NCBI GenBank assembly: GCA_010093605.1
Contig: MU004196.1
Location: 1,138,606-1,202,605, forward strand
Origin: Lophium mytilinum
Taxonomy: Eukaryota
DNA length: 64,000 bases
Direction: 5' to 3'
Position numbers and translations under genes: made by a program. A model generated the notes under the pieces. The model searched no databases and was not told the origin of the DNA. It worked only from the letters and a program-made list of their open reading frames with translations. This document shows positions 12,898 to 26,032 of this stretch, piece after piece. Within the stretch, counting starts at the first letter, position 1; each line of letters starts with the position of its first letter.

Positions 12898-14959
12898 TCA
12901 CCTCCCTCTCTCACCCCCAGCCAGTAATTTTGCCTCCCTAACTTCCGCTCTTGTCAACCCACAGGTATCTAGGAACTCAACCCAAGCAAGGAGGATCTTC
13001 TCGAGACCATCCCTCAAAGCTTCCACAACCTCCTTTACTTCCGGAGTATCCTTTTCCTCATAGTTGATCTTCCCCATAACTAGTTCCTTCTTCTGACCGA
13101 CGCTCATCCCCACGTAGTCAACGTCTGTCCAATGAACGTTCAGGCTCGTCACAAACGCATCAATCTTCTTGATCGCTGCAACGAATGCCCTGATGATGTC
13201 AGGAACGTCCTTCTGCACCCGCCCATACGTGTCTTCTTTCAGACTGCACGCTACGAGTCCAGCCAAGGCAGTGGCCGCGTCCGCAATCGGCCCTGCGTGG
13301 CTGAATGGCGTTCCAGCCACGACGACTGTGACCGTACGGAGGAAGGAACGCCTGAATGGGATACCGGCAGGCGAGTGGATGAAGTTGTTGATGAAATCTG
13401 ACGCCTTCTCTTTTACAGCCGGGTGATTGGAAGGGGTCATTCCTGACTTCGCCATTAGGCTGTTTCCGAAGTCTAAGAGTTTCACGCCACGCGGGCTTGA
13501 TCCGGGCGGGGGAGATTTGGTTTTCACGAGATCGCTGGCTATCTTCTCGAGATTACTCCTAGTGCCTTTGGGGGGAGTGCGTGTCACAATCTGGCCTTCC
13601 CTGAGAGGTTGAGAGATGCGAGGGACGAGATCGACGACTGGCGGTGCTCCGACAGTATCTGGATCGGCTTTGGGCGATTGAACTGCCTCGATACGATCGG
13701 TGATCCCCTTGATCTCGGCGAGGCACACATTCCGGATCTTGCTCCAGGTCGAGTCTTCTTTGTTGTCACGTCCGAGTTCCTGGTAGATGGTCTTACGACG
13801 GTCGTCGAAGCGGGTTGTGATCAGGACCAGTTCCCAGAAGGCAACGTTCTAATACATATTAGCAAGGGTAATCAAACAAGAAGTCCTATGGAGACTCACC
13901 CGTGGCACTTCCTTCTTAGCTTTCAGGCCATTCAGAAGACTCCCGTTCGGGTCTTTCGAGTCGTCTGTTATGGGCTTTCCATTTTTTAGCGGCTCTTGGC
14001 CAACATATGCATCGAATGCCTTGTTCGTAAAGCGCCACAAGTTGACGAGGAAGAAGCCTTGGGTGACGAAGCTCCACCAGATGGTAGGAAAATTGACTCC
14101 GCCAGGTTTGCCGGTTTTCCCAAGGCTAAAAAGGTGTCTAGCCACAGAGAAGTACCAGTCCCATAGTGTAAGCCGCAGGAAGACAAAGTAGAGGATGCTG
14201 CCGCCGAACAAGGTAACGACTGTCGTCATCACGGTCACATTCAGCGACACAAGCCAGCCGCTCTTCAGCTGTGTTGCTGCGGGTACTACAGGACTAGTAT
14301 TCTGGCCTGAGACCCCCTTTCGTGCCTTCAGAACTGGAAAGGCAATCCTGTCGTAGTCTGCGAAGAGGTGGATTGCCGATTGAGCTATGGCGAGGCAGAG
14401 AAATAGGAAACGCAGATAGATGGGTCGTTCATTGAGGCGGATGCGCTCATGGTATCTAGATCCAGTCAGCTCCTGTTGCTCCTATATGCATGCCTTCAAA
14501 CGTACTTTCCAGCATCTATCCATCCTAGCTTCGATTCGGTGGGTTGGGAGTAGATGAAGACCTCGCTATACCACCACGCGGAGAATATGTAGAAAGCTAG
14601 CGTCTGCAGGGTATGCCATCGGAGAAGGTATTTCGTGAAGGTTTCGAAGGGTACTGTTGTAGTTCGCTCGCCGATGTGCATCTGAGACACTCGTAATATG
14701 TAGATTGATAGTGCGGATATGAAGAGCAGGAGGGTCCGTATTCCAGCAGGGCCTACGGGCAGCCATTTCCATAGGACTGAAACTAGGTCATTAGCTATAC
14801 TACTCAACCCAGCAGAAGAGCAGGCCACTTACAACTCCCCTCGCCCATCCATACAGCAATGGCATAGCATGCGCTCAGTGTATATAAGCTAGCGCTGGTA
14901 AATCTCCGATGTAGCGCAGGTGTTAAGAAGTCGCGATACCGCGGTTTGGTGGGCGCCAT
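12898..14959 (-). CDS. ndc1: Transmembrane nucleoporin Ndc1, multi-exon
   Basis: MAPTKPRYRDFLTPALHRRF N-terminus, TM segments, PLKNGKPITDDSKDPNGSLLNGLK and C-terminal SLKEDTYGRVQKDV motifs typical of filamentous-fungal Ndc1. Confidence 0.88.
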
Positions 14960-15805
14960 GGTGTGGGGTGGAAGAGCAGCTCGCCGCGCTGAAGTCGGGG
15001 TTGAAAGAAGAGCGCGCTTAAAGGGGCATGGCAGATTGTGAAAGTGACGGTTCCTGTCTGTGAACACCCACCTACCACCGTCTGAAGTGGCTACCTAGGC
15101 AGAGTATGGGTCCTGTCAAAATGTGGGCTCCGGATAACTGAAAGTGGATTGAGGCCCGTCAAGCGGCGCCAGAACAGTGCGAAAGAGAGCGACTAGGGAA
15201 TAGTGCAAGGTGAAGCAAAGAGAGTGGCGTTGGAAGTGAAGGATTGGAGCTGTTTGGCGATGATGATGCTTGGTGTTGACAGCCTCTCCACAGCAAAAAC
15301 ATGGGGCTTGGCGCGTCGTTGTCGGCTCGTCCAGCCTTGCAGCAGCTGAGTGCTCGGACGGGATCACAGGCTGGCGTGTCCCTACGGCCAGCTCTCCTCG
15401 TGAAACACGCGGGAGTGGCGTCCAATCGCATCGCCGAGATGGCCCCTTGTTGGCACCCCCGAGATCGTAGATGAACCTCTCGGGGCAGCAGGTGATGGCT
15501 CCCAGCCTTTCACCAGTCTCTCGTTTTTTCTCTTCAGTCGTGTCTTCCCCTCTCCCCCTCTCCTCCACTCCTCTCGACCTCCGCTGCTCTTTTCCGCGCA
15601 ATCGACTCCACTTGCATTTGTCCCGGCGACGTCAGCCAGGGGCCGATACGAGCTCCAATTCCGTACCCCTCTGCGAGGACCTCCTGCCAGGCTGCGTTTC
15701 TGTACCCTTGCTTCTCTCGATTCTGGGTCTGCTTAAGTGCTTTGAATCCAAATCTCTCATTTCTATCCGTCGTGTTCGGGTCAATTGAGTTCTAAGCTTA
15801 ATATA

Positions 15806-17605
15806 ATGCCTATAAATCCTTCGACAATTGGTGCAGCATGTCTATCATTGCTCCCATTTGCCTCCGCCTTCTACCCATACACACCAGTATACACCGACAC
15901 CCCAACTCCTCGAAGTCGCTCACTTCGCCTTGATTCAAGAATCATCTCTCGAGAGGGCTCCTTCTCCCTCCCAATACACCGCACACCCCTCAAGCGGACG
16001 AACACCTACAGCATAATCAACAATAACACCCCAAAGCAATCCGACAGCGTGGCAGTGGATCAGGATGGGACAGACTTCTCGTATATGGTAGCTGTCACTT
16101 TTGGGACAAGCTCAGAGGAGTACCATATGCTGGTAGATGCAGCATCTTCGAATACCTGGGTAATGAGTAGCGAGTGTGAGACAGATTCTTGCAAAACCCA
16201 CAGCACATTTGGGAAAGAAGACTCAACATCCTTGACTGTGAGTCTATCCAATCGAGCAAGGAGCGTTGGTGGCTGTCCATCTATTCCCTTGGATCAGAAC
16301 GTTGCATGCTCAACATCTCGTCTTGCACTGTTTCATGCCGCATGGCAACTTGACATTCAATTACATACATCTGCTTCTTTCTAAACGATCTCGTCTCTCT
16401 TTCTTTGCGAACAACGACCCCTGTCTAATACTACCCAGACTTCAGATGAAACATTTAGCATAGTCTACGGCACTGGCCAGGTCAACGGCACTGTAGCAAG
16501 TGATGACGTTCATGTGGGAGATTTGAGCGCCTCTCTTACATTCGGCCTCGGTATCGAAGTCTCCAGCGAGTTTGCGTCCTACCCCATGGATGGCATCCTC
16601 GGTCTCGGCCGAGGCGATTCCACTTCCAACGCGATCGAAGCGCCTTCGCTCATGGACGATCTTAGTACCAAGTCACTAATTAAAGCCAAGCTGTTTGGTC
16701 TACACCTTTCCCGGACGTCGGATGACAACAATGACGGCGAACTCAATTTTGGCGCGCCTAATACCGAACGCTACAGCGGCAGCCTCAACTACATGTCCGT
16801 GATTGAAAACGATGATGGATTCTGGGAGATTCCATTGGACGATGCTGGAGTAAACGACAAAACCCTTGGGTTGAAGGGCCGGTCTGCAATAATTGACTCT
16901 GGCACATCCTGGCTCATGATGCCTGAGGATGATGCAGTAGCTCTCCACAAACTCATTCCTGGATATACGCAGAGCGGAGAGACTTTTACAGTGCCTTGCA
17001 CGTCGAAACAGTCGGTGCAGCTCACATTTGGAGGCGTGGTGTACGATGTCTCCACGGCCGATTACATAGGGGGCAAGCTGAGCAATGGGGCTTGTTCAAG
17101 CAAAATAATCGGACGACAGACGTTTGGCCCCCACCAATGGCTGGTCGGGGATGTCTTTCTCAAAAACGTCTACACCGTCTTCGATCTCGACGATTCCAGA
17201 GTCGGCTTTGGCGTCAAAGCAGAAGAAACTGTGGCAAGCACCACCGTTTCCTCGTCACCCTCCGCAAAAGGATCGCCTACAGCATCAGGTATGCCATCCA
17301 ACGCCCCCACGTCTATCATCGAGAAATCCTCCAGTGTCTCAACTGCCCCTACTCCCCTCAAGACATCTTCTGAAGGCCCTACGTCCTTTTCAACCTCGGG
17401 TTCCACTAAATCCATCCCTACAGGCACCGCCTTTGCGACCGAGGCTTCTACTCCAACTGGCACTGCTGCAGCAACTGCAGAATCTCAGCAGCAATCACCG
17501 AGTGCGACCGCTTCGCCGACGGACAAGGGAGCAGCCATTCGAAATGCGCCGTCAAGAGCTCTGCTTTCGGCCCTATTTATGATTATTGTGTCGTTATACA
17601 GATGA
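15806..17605 (+). CDS. ctsD: GPI-anchored pepsin-family (A1) aspartic endopeptidase, CtsD-like
   Basis: Signal peptide, DQDGTDFSY, two Asp motifs (LVDAASSNTWV; IIDSGTS), flap IVYGTG after intron 16238-16438, DGILGLG, WLVGDVFLKNVYTVFD, Ser/Thr-rich stalk and hydrophobic GPI signal. Confidence 0.85.
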
Positions 17606-18207
17606 TCATGATGGCTTCTGGCGTTAATGAATATCTACGATTCTTTGGATGACTTCTCTACCATCATCCTACGTGGGGAGAACTGAGAACATCAATTGAT
17701 GTTCAGGGAGCTGGCTGGATTGATTGAGGGAATACATTCAGTTACTGCCGTGTATTTTAGGCTCCTGCATTCTTCTTGGTCGGAAGCTAGCATTGTATGG
17801 CGGTGTATAGCATAGCATAGCGTCTCGGTATCTACCTAGTCTCCTTTTATGGATCCGTGCTTGAATTTGAATATACGGCGCGACGACGAAGTATCAAAAG
17901 AGCGGCAATGATGTACCTTCTTGAATTCCAAGTAATGCAAACTCTTATCAGGACCGAAAGCAACAGAAGGACTGAAAATAGACGCAGTAGAGATATATCA
18001 TTGAGCATTGCTCACGTGACAATGACTGCATCTGATTTGATTGGCCGCCAAAATCGTGGGGAAAGCAGAAAAAGTTCGACCTCGAAGAGCCATCCGCGTT
18101 CACTCCGCCACGCAAACCACGTCCCCTCTCTTTCTCAGCTGAACTGCGCACAGCCGGTACTGCGGCCGCTCGCACAGTCCTTCGGCTCTCTAATTTCCAC
18201 GCTAAAT

Positions 18208-20412
18208 ATGGCCACACTCTCCTTCTCACCAACAACATCGAATTCCTCCCACACTCTCTCTGTCCAATCCGCGCACCCACCTCCAATGGACCTTTCCAAC
18301 CCAGGCCAGCTGGCCTTAATATCCAGCCTTTCTACCGCCCCGCACACCTTTCTCCAACCACCCCGCGATTTACACAATGCGGCACTCGCCCTCGCAAAAA
18401 GATTTCTTGACCCGCTCGCAGCGGGGGTTAGCGAAACACATGCACAGCGACAAAAGGAGGAGCGGAAGAAGAGGAAGAGAGGCGAGCGGGACCATGCCGA
18501 TTCCAGGATGCTGAAGCTAAAGAAGGTACACTTGGATGGATTTGGGGTGGAGCAGGTTTGGGAGCAGGCAAGGCGGGTGCTGGATGCAACTAGAGAGGAG
18601 GTGGAGAAAGCGTTGCCAGATGAGGATGATGATGTCTATATGAACGGGACCTCGGGGATTGAGAATGGTATGAAGACTATTCGGTTTGACGAGGACGGGT
18701 TTGAGTTGAGTGGAGAGGAGGAGGATCTCATGGAAGATGTTGACTCAGATGGAGAGGACGAGGACGGATCGTCTGAGGAGGAGTCGGGAAGCGAGGGTTC
18801 TGAGGTCGAAAACGGCGAGGAGCCCGAAGACGAGGATATGGGCTCAGACATTGAAGATTTCGATGACGAGATATCTGAAGACGAAGAACCGGCCGAAGAA
18901 TTTATACCTGACCCTAATGGACTCAATGACGGATTCTTCTCCATCGACAATTTCAACAAGCAATCGGACTTCCTGGAACAGCAGGATATGAGAGGAGAGC
19001 CGGCTGCTAGTGATGACGAAGAAGTAGACTGGGATACCAATCCACTGTCCGGTGTCAATGGAGTTTTTGAGGATGATGATATCGAGGATAGAGCCCGAGA
19101 CGCAGAGAGCGAGGATGATGACGACGAAGGAGGACCAACTTTCGGTAACGTGGACTTGAATGCACCGGAGGGCGAAAGCGACGACGACGAACCTCTAGAA
19201 GATGGAGACATGGATAATGGAGGCATGACCAACACCAACAATGTCATGTATGCCGACTTCTTCGCCCCGCCTGCACAGAAAGCAAGCAAAAGCAAAAGGA
19301 AGAGCGGACGTCCAAATGCTCACAATTTCCCCGCGGCCTCTGATCCCCAAATGACTGCCCCAGAAGACAACATAGAGCGCACGATGGCTGCCGTTCATCG
19401 AGACCTCTTCGAAGACTCAGACGGAGCCGAATCTAATGGTGATCTGTCAGATTTGGATCCCGCCGACCCCAAATCTCGCCGATCAGCTCATCAACGCAGA
19501 CAGGCTAAAATTGCAGAGGAGATACGTAAACTTGAAGCAGCAAACGTCGCCAAGCGAGACTGGACACTCTCTGGAGAAGCACGAGCCGTCGATCGCCCGA
19601 TCAATTCTCTGTTGGAAGAGGACCTCGAATTCGAGCGTGCAGGCAAGCCAGTTCCTGTCATCACAGCCGAAGTCAGCGAAGACATAGAAGCACTCATCAA
19701 ACGACGCATCATCGCCGGCGAATTCGACGAGGTGCATAGACGACGGCCAGACGATTTAGCTACAGGTTCTGGGGCAAGGCGAGGTAGATTCGAGCTGGAC
19801 GATTTCAAGTCCGCCAAGGGTCTCGCTGAAATCTACGAGGAGGATCATCTTCGCAAGAACGACCCGAATTTTGTCGACGCCAAAGACGAGAAGCTCAAGA
19901 AGGAGCATGCTGAGATTGAGGCACTGTGGAGGAACGTTGCAGGGAAATTGGATACTCTCAGCTCGTGGCACTACAAGCCGAAGCCGGCGGCACCGAGCCT
20001 CGAGGTCCGTGTCGATGCTCCGGCGATCCAGATGGAAGATGCTAGGCCTACAACCGGTGGAGAAGCCAGTATTAGCATGCTGGCTCCCCAAGAGGTGTAC
20101 AAGCCTGGCGACGAGAGGACGAAAGAGGAGGTCGTCACGAAGGGTGGACTGCCCGTTGCCCGTGACGAGATGTCGAGAGAGGAGAAGCAACAGAGGCGGC
20201 GGAGAGAAAAGGAGAGGATCAAGAAGGCTGGGACGAATGAGGGCGGCAAGGAGAACCAGGAGAGCAAGAAGAGCAAGGAGAAGAAGCAGCTGCTTGGAGA
20301 CTTGAAGAAGGGCAGTGTGAAGGTTATTGGCAAGCGGGGCGAGCTGAGGGATGTTGAGGGTAAAGAGGTCAAAGAGGCCGCGAGAGTTGGTGGTGGAAGC
20401 TACAAACTTTGA
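18208..20412 (+). CDS. mpp10: U3 snoRNP / SSU processome subunit Mpp10 (intronless)
   Basis: Acidic middle region plus WTLSGEARAVDRPINSLLEEDLEFE, IKRRIIAGEFDEV, LDTLSSWHYKPK and LAPQEVY motifs. Start placed at ATG 18208; the upstream ORF extension looks non-coding. Confidence 0.93.
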   Translation: MATLSFSPTTSNSSHTLSVQSAHPPPMDLSNPGQLALISSLSTAPHTFLQPPRDLHNAALALAKRFLDPLAAGVSETHAQRQKEERKKRKRGERDHADSRMLKLKKVHLDGFGVEQVWEQARRVLDATREEVEKALPDEDDDVYMNGTSGIENGMKTIRFDEDGFELSGEEEDLMEDVDSDGEDEDGSSEEESGSEGSEVENGEEPEDEDMGSDIEDFDDEISEDEEPAEEFIPDPNGLNDGFFSIDNFNKQSDFLEQQDMRGEPAASDDEEVDWDTNPLSGVNGVFEDDDIEDRARDAESEDDDDEGGPTFGNVDLNAPEGESDDDEPLEDGDMDNGGMTNTNNVMYADFFAPPAQKASKSKRKSGRPNAHNFPAASDPQMTAPEDNIERTMAAVHRDLFEDSDGAESNGDLSDLDPADPKSRRSAHQRRQAKIAEEIRKLEAANVAKRDWTLSGEARAVDRPINSLLEEDLEFERAGKPVPVITAEVSEDIEALIKRRIIAGEFDEVHRRRPDDLATGSGARRGRFELDDFKSAKGLAEIYEEDHLRKNDPNFVDAKDEKLKKEHAEIEALWRNVAGKLDTLSSWHYKPKPAAPSLEVRVDAPAIQMEDARPTTGGEASISMLAPQEVYKPGDERTKEEVVTKGGLPVARDEMSREEKQQRRRREKERIKKAGTNEGGKENQESKKSKEKKQLLGDLKKGSVKVIGKRGELRDVEGKEVKEAARVGGGSYKL

Positions 20413-20669
20413 TGTAGCTACTCGTAGTTTGCATGGTTTCGATGCATCAAGAAGCGTTTTGTGGTGAGCCTTGATACCCACCCATCATGTCACTTAAAAT
20501 CGTACCTCTCTTCTACTTTCTATGGCGTCATTGCACGCTATCAACATATCAAGTACATATCAGTACTATCAGTCAATAGACGCTGCTGACGCTGTCTGGG
20601 GCAACCTCACAAGACTACTAGCTGTGCAATTGCGGGACTTCTCTTCTCATCAAAAATACTGAACATCCT

Positions 20670-22491
20670 ATGAAGCTCCTCACGCAGCGGTAAGCGAGTA
20701 TTAGGTACGGATTGCTATGACGAGACATCGTAGCGTCTTAAACCTATTGCCCCTGAACACTTCGTTGTGATGCCAAACATACATTCGTGCACAGCCAAAC
20801 GGCGGCAAGCTCCCCTGTTGCATCAGAGTACTGTCCTGATCATGAGCAAACTTCTCGTTTGCGCCATCAACTACACTCTCGGCACGTTTCGAGGGCCTTC
20901 GAGCTGGTCTCAATCCTAGCACTCGGGATGGGCCTCACCTCTGGGATTTAGACGCTGATCATAAGAATGAAATATGGTGTTAAAGCAGAGCTACGAATGT
21001 GTGGCTAACAGATCACGCCTTGGACTCATCTACTTCGAGCTGTCTCTCGGAAGAGCAAGACACTCTGACTGAGGGCAGAGACACGCTGATTCAAGAGCGG
21101 AAGCGGCCACCTCGTGATCAAAAGCGATGGGATTGCAAGTGCATGCGCTTACGAAGCAAGTAGACGCTGAGTTGGAAGCATTTCCTGTGGGTCCGAGCCT
21201 CAGCTTGAGTCCGAGTCCCAGTTCGAGGCAGTCACAGCCTAAGCAAGGGCAGCGAGCCAGGATCCTTCGCTGAATAAGTGTGAGGGAGATCAGGGGCATC
21301 TCGCGAATCAAGCGTAGGCCATGGCGCACCAGCAGAATGTGGAAGCTGAATTCGCGACTCTGAAAGCTAAATCCCAGGGGTTGAATATGAAGACGCAGCA
21401 GATCGACCAGGAGAATGAGATCCTGCGCCATGCGGAAGCGCTTGAGCAGAAAATAACCTCTCTCGACTGACTGTTGCATCTCGCATCAACGTTTCGAATG
21501 TTGAGAAGCGAGCTGAACAAGTAGGAGATCGACTGAATGTGCGCTGGACGTATTCATGCGCAGGAAGATTATCTCTTGGAGGTAGTCGCTCGGCTATCAG
21601 GTTAGTTTGCGGAATGGCCGTGAAAGGCGTTTGTGGATAAGGTCTAGCAAGACAGCCATTTGCACTGTCGGCGTCTCGATCACTTCTGGGAATAGCAATC
21701 TGTCTGCATGAGCATTTTCTTTAAAGCTGTGAAATGTGACCTTGCTTGCTAATTTGAAATGAGGTATGTACCATTCTGTGCACAACGTACATCATCGGGA
21801 GCAGGCGCGTGACCACAAGCGAGTGATAAAATCACGATCACAGGCGGTGAGGAGGAGCTGGTCCACTAGCGCCGTGTCCTGATGTTGAGTGTCCTGCTGG
21901 CCGTGTCTTAACTCTCTCATCTTCTTATGGATACTGCATCCATCACCACCAACGACAACGCCGGAGGCGAGAACATCTTCAAAGACCACGGAGAGGAAAT
22001 TCTGAGCGACATCTAGGAGGTTATTGCGATTGTGAGAGTTCACATATCTGGGATGCCCCCGCGTATGTTATATCTTCAGATTACATTTCAATCCTGTTTA
22101 CAGACAAACTTCGGCATCTGGCTAACGGCGACTAGACAAACACCCAGAGAAGCGCGTTGGAATTGAAGCGATCTTTGTCGCCGCCATGAGACAGCGGGCG
22201 AAGACGGCAAAGGGCGAGCCGAGATCTGAAAGTCCTTCAAAAGCCGATACGAATCTGGCCGCGAATGCGGGGGACAACTCACACGCCGAAGAGTTGGAGG
22301 ACGAACATACGGGAGATGTGAAGAACTCAGCTACTGCCGCAACCACGAGTCACGAAGTGCCTCGTAGTGCTGCCTGGTTCAGCCGCCCCGCAAAAGTGCC
22401 GCCCGTGTGCCCGTTCCACCAGCTCGGCATATGTGCTCTGGGCCACAAATGTAGCTACAGACATGATGAGGATGGAACAGGGAGCAACTAG
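20670..22491 (+). pseudogene. Decayed intron-containing gene with coiled-coil region and C-terminal CCCH zinc finger
   Basis: ATG 20670 is followed by donor GTAAGC; other splice signals at 21011 (GCTAACAG) and 22063-22103. Helical coding-like frames are interrupted by stops at 21315, 21468, 21522, 21534, 21867, 21909 and 22014, with a frameshift near 22125. Ends in CPFHQLGICALGHKCSYRH (C-x7-C-x5-C-x3-H). Confidence 0.55.
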
Positions 22492-25400
22492 GCAATCCAC
22501 GAGCAGGAACAGCGGCTGTGGAAGGATAATTGCGGTTGTGGGTGAGGACAGTGGGGACAGGGGACAACGGATTGGCTACAAGGGAAGGCCTGAACTGTTG
22601 GGTAGAGAGATGAGATCAGGGTCAAATCTTCCCTATATGAACCATTTTTGGGCTACTTATCGAGCCTGTTTCTGAGGGAATGCTCAAAATTGCAGTGCTT
22701 GAGTAGAACCATCTCGATATGCTTGACAATCTGGCTTGTTCTCTTGACCAAATGCTGCCCTTGTACCCCAGGCAGTGACACGAGCTCCAACGGGACATAT
22801 CGTGACGCGTGCTGCTCGAAAATGTGACGGCTCTCTCAGTCTTCCTGGCCCCGCCGCCGCCGAATCGGGCAACCCTTGGCAGCCGTGAGGGCCGCGATAA
22901 GTGTTGAGCACCGTAGACCCCCCTCTAACATTATGAAATGGCGGAGTTACGATTCTAGAACTTCCTCAAAAATACTACTTGACCTGGCGAGCAACATCCC
23001 GGTGTCAGATCTGTAATAGGAGGCGTAATGGTTGAGCTATCCATGAAAACGCTGTAGAACGGCGGGAGGCTCCAAATTTTAGTTTCTGAGGGTTGTGCGA
23101 GTCTGGAAAGTCTTGGCAGCCGGGCAAAGGGTCGAGTAGCGTAACACCCCTTCTAGTTCAACGGAACAGGGATTTCACTCTTCCGAAATACCTTCAAGAG
23201 GACTACTTGGCCCGCTGAACCACCTCCTAGTTTCAGATCTGTGATACGAAGTGTGACTGTCAAATTATTCGCTGCGAAACGATGAAAGCGCCGAAAACAC
23301 GGATTTTGCCGCCAAGCCAACACATTTGGACAGAATACGCAGGCCCTGTACGGCGAGCGATTGAGCCACGATAGGAGGCTCGCTGGAGTGGCGCCGACTA
23401 ACCGGAGTTGCGCCCGCCTTTAAATTGACCGCGTTTGCAGCTTTGCTTTCCACCACCACCCCCTTCGGCGGCCTCGCCCGACCACCACGTCGACAAATCA
23501 TCATCCTCCGTGCGTGGAGGATCTTGTTCCTTTCGACGACGTTCTCCTTCGTCGGCTTCTGCCTCGTGCCATTGCGGCCTCTCGTTCATCGCTTTCCTAC
23601 CCATTACGACAGGTCTGGTCGTCTCCTGAAGCTGATGAAGCCACTGTTGCAGGTCGGGGACAGATGCCGAAGGAACTTCCAGAGAGGGGAGGTGACAGCA
23701 TCGGCGTTCGGGGCAACCTTAGCGTCGGGCGCTGGCGGCTGGAAGTCGTCGTTTGGCACGGAGCAAGAAGTGTATTGTCGACCTCTGCAGTAGGCGGTTA
23801 CGCCCGACACTGGGGAACGAGTGAAGCATAGTAGCTCCACCCCGGAGGAAGAAGCCAACAGACAGCAGTCGTCAGACTTGCAGCAGGCCCTAGGGTCCTT
23901 GGCATGTTTTACTCAGAGGTACCTTTTATGCTGCCCACCAAAAACAGATGGCAGTCAGTCCAGTGCGCGCTTACCCCGACCTCGGAGGAACAGATGAAAA
24001 GAAAAAGTGATGAAAGGAGGATGAATCGGGTCTGTACGCGGACGTTTTTCCCACTGGGTTTTTTTACTGAAGCGCAGTTCTGTATATGTGGTAGATTGTG
24101 GAGGAGCTGAAGAGCATGTACCGGGTTTCTTTTGTAGCAGAGATTCGGAATCATACCTGATGCACACAAAATTCTTCCGCCATTATCTCTCATCAATGCC
24201 TTTGTTCGTGACTAAGATACGGACGCCCAGGCACAAGAAGAGCAGCGAAGAAGCATCATACCTACTATAACCTACAGACATAGAGCATGTAATTGTTGCC
24301 CACATAAAGCGATACTTCATGGCAGATGATGGATTCCAAGCTAGAAGTATTCGGAAATGGGCGAGATCCACCGCCGCTGACGCTGCTGCTATCTTACGCC
24401 TCGTTTTCATCTCTCATCCAAGCCATCCATCTCAAACCCAAAAAAAACTGTAGTACGAGGCCTCGCAATACAGTCCTATCTTACCAGTCTTCAAACGCCT
24501 CAACGCATTGCCTTTGACGCGTGTGCCTTCCCTCCACCCTACCTGTTCGTGAGCCCGGCTCACCCAAAGCCATCCTGTCAAGCAATATTCCATCAAAATA
24601 TGAATTTTAACCAGATTAGCTCGAATCAGAAGTTTCAAAGAGGAGGGTAGCGTTTAAGTTCGCGTCGCGTCGAAGGAATCAGGGAACCGCAACATGCCAC
24701 TTAGCGCCCCGATCACGTGCATAGTCTCGTATTCGTATTACATAGGGTGAATATACCCGGCTCCCTTTCGCTTACGCTTTCCCTCTCTTGATTTCAAACA
24801 ACCTTGATCGTCACCTTCATCAGACGTCAAGATTTAACAAGCAGCAAGTCACGAATTCGATTAATTGTTGTGCCCAAGTGGATCACCGTTACCAGAAACT
24901 AATCTAGGGCTACAAGCAGCAACATTGCACATTCATCACTCGTACAAAATCCCTAGTCCGTGTGCGGTTCCGACATGCAAGAACGCCACCGAGGACTGAC
25001 CGTAATCCGCAGGCTAATCTTCTCAAATGATGGGCAAGTCCTAGAATGGAAATCTAGAAGCCGTGTATAGGCCCGCCTCCAATGCATGCGAAGATGCCCA
25101 GTCGCACTGTGGACTGGGGAATTATATCGAAAGGTGGCTATTGACACGGGCTAGTCTATCACTTATCCACCCAGTGAGATTGAGTGAAGTACTTGGCTTT
25201 TGAGATCCTTTGGAGATATCGAACTTCGTGAGTTTGTTCAAAACATGGACCCATCCATCGCTCCATATTCTTCCTCCCGTCATGCTTCGCTACTCCTAGC
25301 TTTTGGCCACAGCTTGCTGCTGACTCTCTTTTGGCTATCCTTCGTCAGCCGACCAGCCCATAATGATCAGCTCTACTTACGCGGGAGCTAGCGGATTTGA

Positions 25401-26032
25401 TTGAGTCTAGAAGCCTCAATTGCTGGCTACAAGGGTCTTAGAACGAATGCAGTCAGGAATGGGAATCTTACATGAGCCTCTTTCTGCCCGTTGAATCGAA
25501 CTTGCGAACCAAGCTCACGGTGTAAAGTACGTACGAGCAGCGGTATCGATCTTATTTGCTTGACAAAGTAACAGTCATTGTTGAACAACGATGTGTGAGT
25601 ACGGTACGGGACCACGCTTGGCCCGAAATTCATACCAACACATTGTCACGTCGTACCGCCCTCTCGATAAAACGCATCATTTGCTTTTGAATGGCAAGAG
25701 CTTAGAATCTCCACATCTGCAGAAGAGGCCCAGCGAGCCCTTTCGTTGTCGTCGGGATACCCCTCGGTAGTATGAGAGTCTGGCTTGTGGTTTCGTACAC
25801 AATCGATGTCTCTTAGACAAGCTTCGCTCTTGGCTAACCCTTCTTACAATGCAGTCGTCTATCACGAAACGAATTGTTAAGAGTTTTTCTACACATTCAA
25901 TCATTGTTAGGAGCCAGTTCCCGACCGATTATATAAAACACGTCTCTGCAAGTTACGAAAGCCTCCAACCAGATTACAAAAACTTCAACCCTGGCACTGT
26001 TTCAATTTCACCTCATTCAGCCGACTACCAAC

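Noticed and set aside
17857..18207. 117-aa upstream extension of the Mpp10 ORF
   Set aside because: It starts at GTG in the ctsD 3' region and crosses promoter-like motifs (TCACGTGAC, GATTGG, GAAAAAGTT). It does not look Mpp10-like.
18636..20481. Long antisense ORFs over mpp10 (and similar shadows over rgsA, p24, SDR, SPX and cex1)
   Set aside because: These are reverse-frame shadows of biased coding sequence with no recognisable motifs.
23265..25700. Cluster of short overlapping ORFs and coding-like fragments in the gene-poor gap
   Set aside because: They may be further decayed genes, but no consistent frame, domain motif or splice model could be supported.
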